Assembly: GCF_040938485.1 (NCBI RefSeq)
Contig: NW_027272234.1
Coordinates: forward strand, 186,001-250,000
DNA length: 64,000 nt
Reading direction: 5' to 3'
DNA from: Diadema antillarum
Taxonomy: Eukaryota
Positions 47,207-59,504 of the stretch are shown here, in pieces (position 1 is the stretch's first letter; every line of letters begins with the position of its first letter). The notes under the pieces are model-generated. The model saw only the letters and a program-made list of their open reading frames with translations. It made no database searches and was not told where the DNA came from. The translations under genes were made by a program, and so were the position numbers.

Positions 47207-49432
47207 TTAGCGGTGAGTACTGTTTGTGACCTTATTTGAAGATGTCTGTGGTGACGCTCGAATCATAAATGCTTCTCTCGAAAGAATGATGGGAATATCA
47301 ATCACTAGTGAATGCACATCCGTGCCTTGTAGAACCTCTAACTCTACTCCTCGTCTGTACGCTCCACTGTTATCGGTCAACACTACTTCTACTTTGTTTT
47401 CCGTCGCTGAGATGCTCAGAGAATTGCCGAAGTATTCGATCCCTGTAAAAGTAATACTCTGAGATTCTGGAGGGATTGTGATATTCATATACAGACCAGT
47501 CTCCCGCAGTCGCATCCCACCATACCCGTACATGACTGCCTGTAAGAAACCTCCCATGCCGGTGACGAAATTGATCGCGCCTTCACCCTGAGCTGTTTCC
47601 GTCCAAATCTTGAACGGTTGTTGGATGTTAGCGTAGCTCTTTTCGAAGAGCTCCCCAGCCTTGGATTGGTTCCCGAGCTCCAGCCACCCGACGGCGAACA
47701 TACCCCATGTCATCGCCGGGCCGTTTGGGTCGGTCACGTTGACGCCGTTGTAAGCTTCGTAGAACATGAGGTCATTGCGTCGAGCCGCTGTGGACATGTT
47801 GTGCATGAGGGGAAATCCCAAAAGGATGGCGTCTGCCTGCTTAACTTCAGTTCCGAGAGTGTATCCCTCATACTCCGGATGGTACTCCCGATTTTTGTCG
47901 TACGGAATGTACAACTGCTCCGCAATTTGCGTCCAGTTGTCAGGGACAGTTTTATTGATCATCGAGGCAGCATACGCTGGTAATCGGAGACTGATCTGTG
48001 CTATGACGTTAGTGTACACTGAGTTATTAACACTCTGATGATATTCATCTGGGGGCATGACGTCATTGATTGTATACATCTTCCGGCTTTGGTCGAACTT
48101 CGCTTTGCTCGCCCAGAACTCTGCAATTTCGATGATCATTTCAAAGCCCCTTTCTTTGAGAAGAAAGTCCGTATCATTGGTTGCCGAGAGGTACTGCTGA
48201 ACGGCAAAAGCTATGTCTCCAGTGATGTGAAGTTCATGCGTGGGATAAGGTGTCGCCGGACACACTTCCATCCCTGTGAAGGCCATCTCCCAAGGGAACT
48301 GAGCTCCTTTGTACCCATTCTTTTGGGCGTTCTCCTTCGCTGCGTCTAGCTGGCTGGTTCTTGTTTTCAGTATCTCTAGCGCCAATTGTGGATGGAGCAT
48401 CAGAATTGTTGGATACATCCAGGTCTCCTGGTCCCAGAATATGTGTCCTTTGTAACCAGCTGGGGAAAGTCCGCCATGCGCAAGTCCTCCGGGATTGATG
48501 CCGTAGAAGCGAAAGGGAGCGGTCTGCTTTTGGGTGAGAGGAGGCAAGAAGCTCATGATGTAATACAGGCTTCCGTAGATCGCTTTCGCAAGGTAGAGGT
48601 TTCCAGTCACGTCGATGTGACCCTCTTCCCACTTGTCTCTCCAAGCCTCAGCATGACTTCTGAACAAAGAGAGTCTCCGCCCCAGAGCTTCGCCAACAAC
48701 GTACGAATCGAGGGCGTCGGCTTTACTAGTCGAAACGGAAGTGATGAAACACCAAGTGTGTGTGTCTTCTTTGGACGCAAGAGTAAGTACCTTTGGGATC
48801 TCCGTCCAGTACATGTAAACTGTCGATACTGCACTGGTTGGCGTCTCTGAGGTTGTGGTATTTCCGAATGCAAACCAAGCATCTTCGCTCTTGGGAGGTA
48901 CCACCGTGATGTTCACATCTTCACTCTCTGGGTTGAACTTAAGGGCTAAGTCTACCGATATTTGACCCGCAGTTCCGGGTTTCCTCGTCAGTGTTATTTC
49001 GTTGATAAGAAGGCGGGTCAAAACCTGGTGAGCGTACACCTTATGATGTATGTGAACCACTTCTGTACTTGATCGGCGATGAAACGTTCCGTTCAACACA
49101 TCCAAGGAATAAGTTTCATTGCTGATGTTAATGGAGTTAGTGTCCACCCGGATATGTGCTGGGGAAGGAATATCGGCCCGGTGACTTGAGCCATACCTCC
49201 CGTTATACACTCTGTTCAAGTGGATAGTGTCACTAAAAACCACGGTAGCCAGATAGCCATTCCCAACAGAGGCCACGCAACACGCGTCCGACGGCAAACT
49301 CGGGCTCTCAAAGACGGTTGCCTCGGCCGAAACGTCGGGATAAGAGCTGCAGTCGCATCCGTGTGTTACGACCAGCTGGTAGCTAGCTGTAACGAAAAGC
49401 GCGAAAACCACGTGTAACAGCTGAGCAACCAT
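47207..49432 (-). CDS. PGGHG: PGGHG/ATHL1-like glycoside hydrolase family 65 (protein-glucosylgalactosylhydroxylysine glucosidase-like), 741 aa, single coding exon, N-terminal signal peptide
   Basis: Uninterrupted 2226-nt ORF with GH65/PGGHG motifs GHIFWDQETWMYP, GAQFPWE, HITGDIAFA, VMPPDEYH, NNSVYTN, HPEYEGY..VKQADAILLGFP, GPAMTW, NFVTGMGGFLQ. Hydrophobic N-terminus MVAQLLHVVFALFVTASYQLVVTHGC. Ortholog versus paralog status not determinable here. Confidence 0.9.
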   Translation of the reverse strand: MVAQLLHVVFALFVTASYQLVVTHGCDCSSYPDVSAEATVFESPSLPSDACCVASVGNGYLATVVFSDTIHLNRVYNGRYGSSHRADIPSPAHIRVDTNSINISNETYSLDVLNGTFHRRSSTEVVHIHHKVYAHQVLTRLLINEITLTRKPGTAGQISVDLALKFNPESEDVNITVVPPKSEDAWFAFGNTTTSETPTSAVSTVYMYWTEIPKVLTLASKEDTHTWCFITSVSTSKADALDSYVVGEALGRRLSLFRSHAEAWRDKWEEGHIDVTGNLYLAKAIYGSLYYIMSFLPPLTQKQTAPFRFYGINPGGLAHGGLSPAGYKGHIFWDQETWMYPTILMLHPQLALEILKTRTSQLDAAKENAQKNGYKGAQFPWEMAFTGMEVCPATPYPTHELHITGDIAFAVQQYLSATNDTDFLLKERGFEMIIEIAEFWASKAKFDQSRKMYTINDVMPPDEYHQSVNNSVYTNVIAQISLRLPAYAASMINKTVPDNWTQIAEQLYIPYDKNREYHPEYEGYTLGTEVKQADAILLGFPLMHNMSTAARRNDLMFYEAYNGVNVTDPNGPAMTWGMFAVGWLELGNQSKAGELFEKSYANIQQPFKIWTETAQGEGAINFVTGMGGFLQAVMYGYGGMRLRETGLYMNITIPPESQSITFTGIEYFGNSLSISATENKVEVVLTDNSGAYRRGVELEVLQGTDVHSLVIDIPIILSREAFMIRASPQTSSNKVTNSTHR

Positions 49433-49578
49433 AGTGACGAGCTATAACTTGGTCTTCTTTGTGAAGAAAAGAACCAATGACGATATCTAAATGTGCTCAA
49501 TGGTGTAGTCAATGTACGAGTTACTCGGCTCACTTATTTTTGTCAGGTGGCAAATAGCTGGTTTATCTCAGTCAACAA

Positions 49579-49587
49579 CCGGAAGTG
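49579..49587. promoter_or_regulatory. ETS/GABP-type motif CCGGAAGTG upstream of the PGGHG-like ORF
   Basis: Exact motif ~150 bp upstream of the ATG at 49432. Confidence 0.35.
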
Positions 49588-50214
49588 ACTGTCTGTGAAA
49601 GGTTAATACATCCGGTGTGTTGTAGGTGCGTTGATATTGGGGTCAAACTCCATTTTCTCCATTTACTTGTTTTTTCCATTACAACTGCCGAATTACCATC
49701 AAAGATAGACAGAGAGAGAGAGGAAAAATATTTACAAAGTATATTCAACTGGGTCATAGCCTAATTTATGTTTGATGTGAGATGAGTTCCGACATACGAC
49801 AAGAATTGTACTTTGTTTTTGAAGGCAAACAAACAAACAAGCAAACAAACAAACAAAGAACCAATATCCCCCTTAGGCCTATAGGCCTACATTGCGCTCA
49901 CATCCATCAGCTGCAATGTTTCACTATACAACGATTCTTCTGTCTAACTCGTAGAGATCAAGGTGAATTCAACTATTATTGATAAACTGGAATCTGATTT
50001 TTCTTTCTACTAAATCTATGGGGATTTCAGAATCTGACAAGGGGCTAGTTGATGTATATGTTTATTGTGAAATGTTTTGTTATATTTCTTGCTGGCAATA
50101 TAGGTTGCTCAAGAGATCAGAATAGTAGCTTGTGTATCTATCTGTGCGTATGCATAGTGGATCATTGGTGGTTCAAAGGGCAATGTTAGCGGTAGAATTG
50201 TAGTTAATGTGATT

Positions 50215-50412
50215 TAAGTCGATTGTAAAAAAAATACAAACAAACCAACAAACAAACAACAGAAACACCAAAAAAAAAAAACAATACACAAACACTAAAA
50301 CAAGAGCAACAGCCAAAAAAGCAAACAAAGTAAGCAAGCAGACAAATAACCCAAAAGAAACAAAAACAAACACAAGAACAAAATCAAACAAACAAATAGG
50401 CAAACGAACAAA
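50215..50412. repeat. (AAAC)n-like low-complexity tract
   Basis: Direct inspection. Confidence 0.8.
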
Positions 50413-51059
50413 CTTTGTGAAACGAAGTACCTTCTATGGCATTACAGTACCAGTTAGGGATTACCCTTTTAGGAGTACCTCGGTTCCTAGTCAATACTGG
50501 TATCGACACCTTCCTGATCACCCAAACCCATTGTGTTAAAGATTACATTTTCCTGCACTCTCTAACAGTTATAGGCAATATTATTATATTTCAGACTTAA
50601 TTCACTCGCACCGTGTGGAAGGATAACACATGTCATTATGCAGACTTGAAGATTAATTTTAGCATTAAATGATTTGTATCGAACACAAAGCGTTAGAAAA
50701 AAAAGCGGCATTTACCACAAGACAACGGGGGGGGGGGGGTGTTAAAGCACTGTTTATTTACTGTAGACGTTTCGCCTATGGGGCGTATGCTGTAAGAAAG
50801 CCGAGTTGCGATCAATATGCAAGACTTGCGCTTGATTTAGGGGATTTGCAATATTGATTGCAACTTTATTGCAACACCCCCTATTGAATCGGGCATCTTA
50901 GATCAGACAATTTAGCCCTAATTGTAAGATTGTTATTGGATTACAGAGCAAGACTACAGTTATATGTTGTTTGGCTTCGAGGTTAACCTCTCTTTAATTC
51001 TTGCATTATAATTCTAAGAATCTTGCTGCTTACAAGGCCCTTTTTAGCTTGTCTCCTAT

Positions 51060-51290
51060 TTGCACTAATCAGTGTATGCCTCAGCGGCGACCAGGACTAC
51101 CATGAGCAGGACTGACTCTTCAAGTGCCCAAACTGCCCTCCTAAAACATTCGGGATATAATTATTCTTCTCTTCAGTTCCTCCATCATGTCTATGGAATT
51201 CTCTGCCAATCCAACTTCGGAATTGTAACAACCTTGATACCTTCAAATCTAAACTACAAGAGCTGTCTTTTCCAGCAACTTTGTGAATGT
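51060..51290 (+). mobile_element. Degenerate CR1/L2-group LINE RT C-terminal fragment
   Basis: Plus frame gives LWNSLPIQLRNCNNLDTFKSKLQE, the typical CR1/L2 ORF2 end. Upstream stop codon present. Confidence 0.6.
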
Positions 51291-51375
51291 TATGTGACAT
51301 ACTGACATATACTGCTGGAGGCGGGTGCCTTTGAATGTTCTTTACAGAAAAATGGCGTCCTATTTTAGTGCTGTT

Positions 51376-51438
51376 CATCATCATCATCATCATCTGCATC
51401 ATCATCATCATCGTCATCATCGTCATCATCATCATCAT
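51376..51438. repeat. (CAT)n microsatellite
   Basis: Direct inspection. It explains the poly-H, poly-I and poly-M ORFs. Confidence 0.9.
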
Positions 51439-52600
51439 CTTTTTCTCTCAACGTTTAGTTGTTGGAAGGAAGCGTATATCAGACAGCAGGCAACCAAACA
51501 CCATGTCCCTGTTCCTGACTATAAATGCACATCACTCGTGTATAACCTAACGTCCCAAGCACACTTTACAAGAATTCAACATTAAAAATATATATATATA
51601 TATATATTGGCAAAGAAACTGTCCCCCTCCATTCTTTTGTCGACCCTTGTGTCTTTATCATCAAGGGCCATGATAATTACCTATCCAAACAATGTGGGTT
51701 ATCTCTACAGTTAAAAAACCCGAACAAAACACGATATCAGTACAGTCAAGGAGAGAGATTATCAACACGATGACTTTGGATGTCTTTTGTTTTCAGAGTT
51801 TGTATTTTATTTGAATCTCTTTTAGCGAACGTGATACTAGTACCTATCATGGAATAATCCACTAATAAGTGACTGGCATACTTTCTATACGTGACCGGGA
51901 CTTAATCAGTCTGCTGTTTGCTCTGCTACTTACTCTTTTACCACCATGAGATAAGTTTTGATGACGTGACTCGTATACATACTTCGACTGTACTTGAAAG
52001 TTGAAACATTGATAATTCACGTCAATCTTTTATGAAGTCATTTTTTTTTCCACGCACAAACTCTCTACTTCTAACCAGAACGCTACGTTAGCTGCATACA
52101 CAAGCATTTAACTAATTAGTTTAAATGGCAATGAGAGTATTAACTTTGTAAACTTTCTTCACCTTCTATAATTTACCCTGCTAGACCTGTTTGCAAGAAT
52201 GCAAACGCCTGAAGAAAAGAAATACCTGTACAGTATAAGCCTAAGCCCCTAATTTCATGCTTATCATAATAATCACCAGTCAATGTGGACGCATACAGAT
52301 CACATCATAACTTAATCCTGTGGTTGATAAGTGTGTGTAAATTCAAACTGTAGCGTTTCTCCTTCTTCAAGTTCGGCTTATGCCAAAAGTTACTTCAAAC
52401 AAGCAATATGCCTTATAAAAATATATTCCTATTAAAGGAATCGGTTTACGGCTTTCTCCGATAGTACACGTATTCTCAGTGATAAAAGCTTGTTTTATTT
52501 ATATGTGACCCTGATTTGTACTTTACCCTTTCTTCGATACTAACTGTTTAATAAACATAGTTGTCTTGTTTTGATGTATTTTTGTGCATGTCGTTATTAA

Positions 52601-53367
52601 CCCTAACTTACCTGGGCTATTTAGCTAGCTTGAATTCCTGGGGGAGGGGCCATTATGCTCCCCCTTCAGATCTCGGCCGTTGATCGCGCGATCGCCGCAA
52701 AATTTTGCATGAACATAAAGCCGGATGTAATCTACAAGCCTGTTTAGTTAAATTTTCAAAAAATTTGCATTTTCTATTTTGAATTAATTAATTATGCAAA
52801 TATATGCAAAAAGCCTCATTTTCGTCTGTAATTGGCTTATAAAAGCTTATGGAATTCTGATTTTTGATGTATATATTCCTAGTGACATTCTGAACATTTA
52901 TGCGTTAAAAAAATCAGTATCAAAATTAATTTCTTATGTTTTTTATTGTTTTATCATTTTTTATGTATTTCTTTGTTTTTTCGAACTTTTGTTTTTGTTG
53001 TTTTTCAGCAGAATTTGTCATACACATCTTTAGAAGCATAATCACACTAAAATGAATTTATTTCAGCCATTAAAATTAAAAATATGAATATTTATATAAA
53101 TTAATCGAAAAAACACAATTTGTATTGACTTTGTACACAAAATCATGTTTTTGAGCAATTTTGGGGTTGACAAAAATTTTTTGAAGGGGCGTGGCTTCGG
53201 AGCGGTGTGCTCGGGCGCGACAAATTTGGTCTCAAAAGTTGCGCGAGACTTGAAAATAAAAAGTCAGCGAGCGGCGTGGTCAAAAAATTTTGCGCGGCGG
53301 AATGGTCGCGGAATTTGTCGAGGGGGGGGGGGGCATTATGCCCCCCCCCCCCCCCGGTAAGTTAGGG
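52601..53367. mobile_element. piggyBac-like MITE, copy 3
   Basis: ttaa|CCCTAACTTACC ... GGTAAGTTAGGG|ctaa. Shared AGATCTCGGCCGTTGATCGCGCG body. Confidence 0.85.
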
Positions 53368-54067
53368 CTAAATGAGTATATCTGAATAAAACACTATTTT
53401 GTCTTTCAAACTTTTATTGTGTATTTTATAGTTCTATTGAGTGCAAGAAAAAATGGAGTATAAAGAAGGTTATTGTAATTTTTACTTTTTCCCAAGTAAC
53501 AGTGTAATTGGTTAAACCGCATAATTATGCAAATTCGATGAGATAGTAATGTCATTGCCTCGTAAATCTCCTTCTGACCTGTACTCAAACTTCACATAAT
53601 TTCTCTTCAGAAAGAGGAAACCCAAACTTCACACAATGACATTGCAATGATATCGTTCTGAACTGCTTTGACTTTGAGTTGCAGTTGCCCTTATTTTGAG
53701 CTGACACCATCAAAACGTTAATTCCATAATACTTTATACACTGAAGCAATCAAAGCAAGTGTTCAAGAAGACAATAATATAATATTACCAATTTGTTACT
53801 TCGAATGGTAAAGCAAATACACAGAATCCTTAAAGACGCAATTATCTTATCTGTGGAGTGTTTGACTGTGGATACGGATAGCTATACTGCAGTCCAACCT
53901 TGGCACAGTTGCCGAGTTTCAGACCGTTAGTCCGACCTTTGAAATAAGGCGAGGGTTGTTTGTGTTTTGGTGGTGTGATTATTACACAAACTCTACAGGA
54001 CATTTATGCCCGGGTGCATGTTAACCGATAGTAATTACATTAGGGCGCATGTACTCACACACAGATA

Positions 54068-54340
54068 TACCTCTCTAAAAAAAATCGAGTGAAAATTTTC
54101 ACTCTAAAAAGAGTGAATACAAAAAAGAGTGAATTTCGAGTGAAATTGGAGTGAATTTTGAGTGAAAATACTCATTTTCACTCATTTTGGAGTGACGTCA
54201 GGGATCACTCGAAGATTTTGGAGTGATCCCTGACGTCACTCCAAAATGAGTGAAAATGAGCATTTTCACTCAAAATTCACTCTTTTTTGTATTCACTCTT
54301 TTTAGAGTGAAAATTTTCACTCGATTTTTTTTAGAGAGTA
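54068..54340. mobile_element. Foldback palindromic element built of GAGTGAAA/TTTCACTC units
   Basis: Near-perfect inverted arms of ~120-140 bp around a ~10-nt loop (centre ~54215). The left arm carries an extra ~21-bp unit duplication. Confidence 0.8.
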
Positions 54341-54897
54341 CGTTTTGAATTCTCGCCGATCATTCAACTGTCGTTACACTTTTTATTTATACAGAAGGCG
54401 CACATGCACATAGGCCGACAACACAAAACTCACACACATTACAAATGCACACATATTTAAATGCAAACAGCCGTAATTTCCCAACGTAATTTTGTCCTAC
54501 ATTTTATCAACGATGACATGGAAACGTGTCTGTTGATATTGCACTCATGTATCATATGCCGTTGCACATCATACTGTATGGCCACGATCTTGCAAAGAAA
54601 TAATGTAAAAATCTTTCTCTTAATACAGGGGAGGCGAGTCACCGTATCCTGTTGCTAATGAGCATGATATATTCTGAGTATACATACGCCCACACAGATA
54701 TTACTGTTATGTATACCATTAAAGGTTTATGATGTTCGTGAAAAGCCGTCCTGGAACATGAAGACAGTGCTCACACTATGAAAAAAAAAATCTATTTTCG
54801 CTTCATAACAAAATACACTATGTAGATTTCACGATTTATTTTCTTTTTAGTGGGGAAAATAAAATGCAGCCTGGGAAAGAGCTATATATAGTGTTAA

Positions 54898-55277
54898 AGA
54901 GATAGTACAGTTTTGGTTGAGACCTAACTTCAGGTTTCTTATTTTTTGTGAGATAATGAGAGACCTCTCATGAAATATGAAAGAGCGTATAATTCTAAGA
55001 GGGATTCAACGTTTATTTGACGGGAATCGGTATTAAAATGGCTGAGAAATCCCAAAAAAGGGCATTCCTAATAAAAGGTGGGATCACCTTTTATTAGGAT
55101 CTCTTTCTTTTACTTTGTTTTTGGATGTCTCAGCGATTCCAAAACCAATTTTCATCTAAATGAACTTTGAATTCCTCTTAAAATGGTATGCTCTGTACTA
55201 TTTCATGAGTGGTTTCTTGGTATCTCGCAAAAAGTTGAAAACCCAATTCTAATCTCCACCAATATTATACAATCCCT
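54898..55277. mobile_element. Kolobok-like MITE, family A copy 2
   Basis: TTAA at both ends. Homologous to 2867-3254. Confidence 0.7.
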
Positions 55278-55334
55278 TTAAATAAATTAAAATGAAGACA
55301 GCAAATAAGAAGAGGGGGAAAGAGAAGGGATACG

Positions 55335-55811
55335 AGGGGCATTCCAGACGATTTTCATAATTTCACATCCTGTAGTACATAAATCAGCAGCTTCATGTAT
55401 AGATATGTGGAATTTATTGTGGTCCTTGAGCAGAAAAGTTAATACAGTACATGTATATACTCTGAAAATCCCGAAACAAATTACACTGAACAAAGATGAT
55501 GACATAGGAGCCTCACATATTTCAGAAATGTAGCAATGTAATTCCATTACAACATGAATAACAAGTTCACCTGTGCAGAATTTACACATGCCTTCTTCTT
55601 CTGTTCGGCTTCCTTGAGCCCCCACTCATGCATTCTTGTTGTGAGGCTGCCATGTCATCATCCTTGTTCATTGTGATTCGTTATAAATTTTGAAAACACT
55701 CCTATTCCTCATCCCAATCACTACAAATTCAGAAATTCTGCACCCTGTGTAACCAATTTATCTAATTGTTCATAATTTATGTGAAAGTCTGAAAATCATC
55801 CGGAGGTCTCT
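55335..55811. mobile_element. TTAA-type MITE, family C copy 1
   Basis: AGGGGCATTCCAGACGATTTTCA ... TGAAAATCATCCGGAGGTCTCT. Homologous to 57610-58069. Confidence 0.7.
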
Positions 55812-57609
55812 TTGAAGGGCAAGGAGGGGAAGGGGGGGGGGGGGGGATAGAGGGAGAAAGAAGGGGAAGGGAGGGGCAGGTGATGGAGTAGAAGGTGGGC
55901 TGCGAAAATCGAAATGGTGCATTGGAGCTAGAGAGAGAGTGCGACAGTAAGAGCTATAGGAAAGAGGGAGAAAGAAAGCAGAATATGAGAGAAATATATG
56001 TTTAGGAATCGAATACAACAAAGCTTTATTATTTTCATGTCAGCAATCTTGGTGGTGATACAACGTTCGACATAGTGTATAACTGCTGTCAATTCAGATA
56101 TCATTTTTGTGGTATTTCTATGATAATGTGACGAGGTTGTTATGTAATTTATCCGTGCTTGATGTCTCCTACTTATACCAGGTGACAACCTATACATGGG
56201 CGTTGCGTGTTTAAATACACTGGTTATTGAAGAAAAAAAAAATCCGAAAAAATATTCTACACAAAAATTGTGCGTGAACGTTTGCTATGTGCACGCTCAT
56301 ACATTTCATCATTCACGTATCTATGATATAGTTCCTTATTGTGTATTCCTCAAGGGCATTTGAAATCACCCCTCTGTATTTGCTGTTCACTGTTTTGGAG
56401 CACGGACAATCGGATTACGTTCGATAAAGAAATCGCTTAACTACTTAGGAGATGAAAAATAGGACAATTAATCGCATGCAAAGTCAGACAGTGTGTTACG
56501 CAATGACGTTTATCCGACACTATGAGTGGACTTTAATCCTCTCGTCACCAAGCATTTAAAATAACCAAGGCAATGTATATAGGAGGGTTGATTATGGTAA
56601 TTACAGGGTTAACCGTGGAACACCGCTTTCAGGGCAGGTGTGAGGAGATTCAAACTTATGTCAAATATTGATAGATGGCCGTTTCGCGTATAAGAGAATA
56701 CTCGTTGTATAATTATGCCTTGCCATCTTGTACGCTCACTGCTAAAAAAAAATGTTGATTTTACTTAATTTGATTTCTTCAACAGATTGCATCAATTTTT
56801 TTGAGTAAATATAACTTTTTCCAAAATTAAGTTCTGATAAAGAAACCTAATGGGTTATATTTTACTAGTTTTATATAGGTAAAATCTACTTAAATATTTC
56901 CAGAAATTAACATCTACTTAAAGCTTGTTTGTTAATTTTACAAGGATGAATTAAGTAGAATCAGCTGGAGCATCGATTTTCATAGTAATTTTTATTAATT
57001 TTCTTACGTATCATGTACAAGATGGTCTAGTCTGTTTGTAAATTGCAAGAATGTAAATTAAGTAGAATCTACATGGAGCACACCATTATTTGACAGTAAT
57101 AATATTACTATATTGAATACAATTAAAAAAAATATTAATGGTTGTGTTATCACACCATTACTTAGTATGTTTTTATCTTCAAACCTGACCGCGAATCACA
57201 TATTATTATTTCTAACCTAATATTCAAGGGTTACATCCTACTCTATATATCTGTATACCTAGAGTACGCTTCCTATTCGTAGATACATGGCTATGGTATT
57301 AGTTCTTTATATATGGGCTGATATCTGAAAAGTTTTAAGGCATGGTTGCTAACGACAGCTTCTACATAATATTAGATTAATATTAATATTATATTAAAAT
57401 ATGAATATGCATCGTCATAAAACAAGTTAAAATAGTTGATCACAAAAGATACAATTTCTAGCACACTTCAAAGTTTAAACAAAGACTATATACTTTGGGT
57501 TTTTATGTCTTTTATCTATTTCCTCTACTTTTTTGCATGTTAGATGCTCTCTCATGAATATTCATGATCGATACAGAAACCAAGTCAAAACAAGGATTGT
57601 GCAACTTAA

Positions 57610-58069
57610 AGGGGCATTCGAGACGATTTTCATAATTTCACATTATGTAGTACATAAATCGACAGCTCCATGTATATATTCGTGGAATTTATTGTGGTTC
57701 TTGAGCAGAGAAACAAATTAACTGAAAATCTTAAACAAATTACACTGAACAGTGTTGATGACATCAGAGCCTCACATATTTCAGAAATGCAGCAGTGGAA
57801 TTCCATTACAATACCACTTGCTCAACAATTTCACCTGTGAAGAATCTATGCATGCCTTCTTCTTTTGTTCTGCTTCCTTGAGCCCCAACTCATGCATTCT
57901 TATGGTGAGGCTGCCATGTCATCATCCTTGTTCATTTCAATTCGTTATAGATTTTGAAAACATTCTCACTCCTCATCCCAATCACTATAAATTCTGAAAC
58001 TCTGTACTCAGTTTAACTAATTTATAGTTGTTCAAATGTAAAAGTCTGAAAATCGTCCGGAGGTCCCCT
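57610..58069. mobile_element. TTAA-flanked MITE, family C copy 2
   Basis: TTAA TSDs at 57606-57609 and 58070-58073. Imperfect ~23-bp TIR. Confidence 0.75.
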
Positions 58070-58416
58070 TTAATCAACATGTATCACATTTTCCAGTTGG
58101 GTAGATGAGGTATTAACTGCATTGGAAGAAGTCAGTTGTCTCCATGGATATATTAGTTCTAATGGGTGTTTGCACTCACCCACACACGCACACACACACA
58201 CTCTCACACACACACAATTAAGTTCACACATACACACATTTACATTTTATGCCAAGGAGGTACTGGACCTCCTTGTATATACTAAATACATTTATTACAT
58301 GAATGAACCTGTATAATATTTTGGGTCGTACTTGGAATTTGTATGAGATCAAACACATTGTCAATGAGTTCCAAAACGAATGAATTGTTATATAAGAATT
58401 AATTAGTTTGCTTATC

Positions 58417-58900
58417 CTTAACGGGTTGGGCTTATTTGGCTATAAATGCTAAAACCTGCGTTTTGGGATTAAATTTCGCCCCCGCCCCACAAGATATCGA
58501 CCATTAGTCTCACGATCGCAGTGAAATTTGACCTGTGTGACAACCACATCGTAATCTACAAGATTATGTCTGATATGTCTCAATGTTTTGTTTAATTATC
58601 AATATCTAACTTTAATTGATCACTTAATCAATTATTTGTGCAAATTAGGCTCAGCATTTTATTTTAGCCTAATTAAGAGCATTCAGAGTCTATTTCTTTA
58701 TTATTTGTAAGTCCATTTTGACATATTTATTTAACAACTGTACATCAGACACTTAAGGACTTCCAAAAGCCATTTTTCTTATGTGTATAAATGTTTTTGT
58801 AATTTCAAATCAATTTCTTTTTTTTTATTTTTCCTTTGTTTTCTTATTGGAAATTGTCATTGAACACTTTTATACCATAATTAGCATAAGGTCAATCAAT
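58417..58900. mobile_element. Degenerate piggyBac-like MITE, copy 4
   Basis: Diverged version of the copy 1-3 body (AAGATATCGACC..CGATCGCAGTGAAATTTG..GTAATCTACAAGAT). Confidence 0.45.
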
Positions 58901-59438
58901 CGCAGTGATTAATGTAACAGCATTGATAGATCCAGGGGGGCCATCTGTAACTTTTGATAAAATGAAATAAGTAAAAAGAAAACAAACTGATAATGGGTGT
59001 AAAAATGGGGGTCTTAAATGGCACACAGGCTTATAGGCCTACTACAAGTAATAGGCCGAAACTGAGTGCCCCCCCCCCCCCCAGACAGGCATGCAGAATC
59101 ATGTTTGTGAGTGGTTACACGGTGATGGCCGTCTTCGTTAAAATCTCGAACAATACCCAGATTCTTTTCATATATAGATCGGTGCTCATTATATCTCACC
59201 TGTGTCGGCCGATCCAAGAATTACTATCCAAGAATTGACATTGAATGGGGGGGGGGGGGGGGGGGGTCCTCTATGGTCCCTGCTCTCGAAGATATTTAGG
59301 TCTATAAAGGGGGTACAGAACCAAAAGTTTATGTCATATCAGTTTCCCAACTGATGAATAATGAGTTGAAAAAATGATCTTCTTTTTTCCTGTCTTTTTT
59401 TTTAATTTTTAGTTCCCTCTCTCCATCTTAGGGGTGGT

Positions 59439-59500
59439 TATAATAATAATAATAATTATAATGTAATAATAATGATAATAATAATAATAATAATAATAAT
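59439..59500. repeat. (TAA)n microsatellite abutting the LINE TSD
   Basis: Direct inspection. Confidence 0.9.
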
Positions 59501-59504
59501 CACC

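Noticed and set aside
47226-48882. Several 60-150-aa ORFs overlapping the GH65 gene
   Set aside because: Antisense or shifted shadows of a long coding exon.
51097-51585. Poly-Met, poly-His and poly-Ile ORFs
   Set aside because: They are products of the (CAT)n microsatellite.
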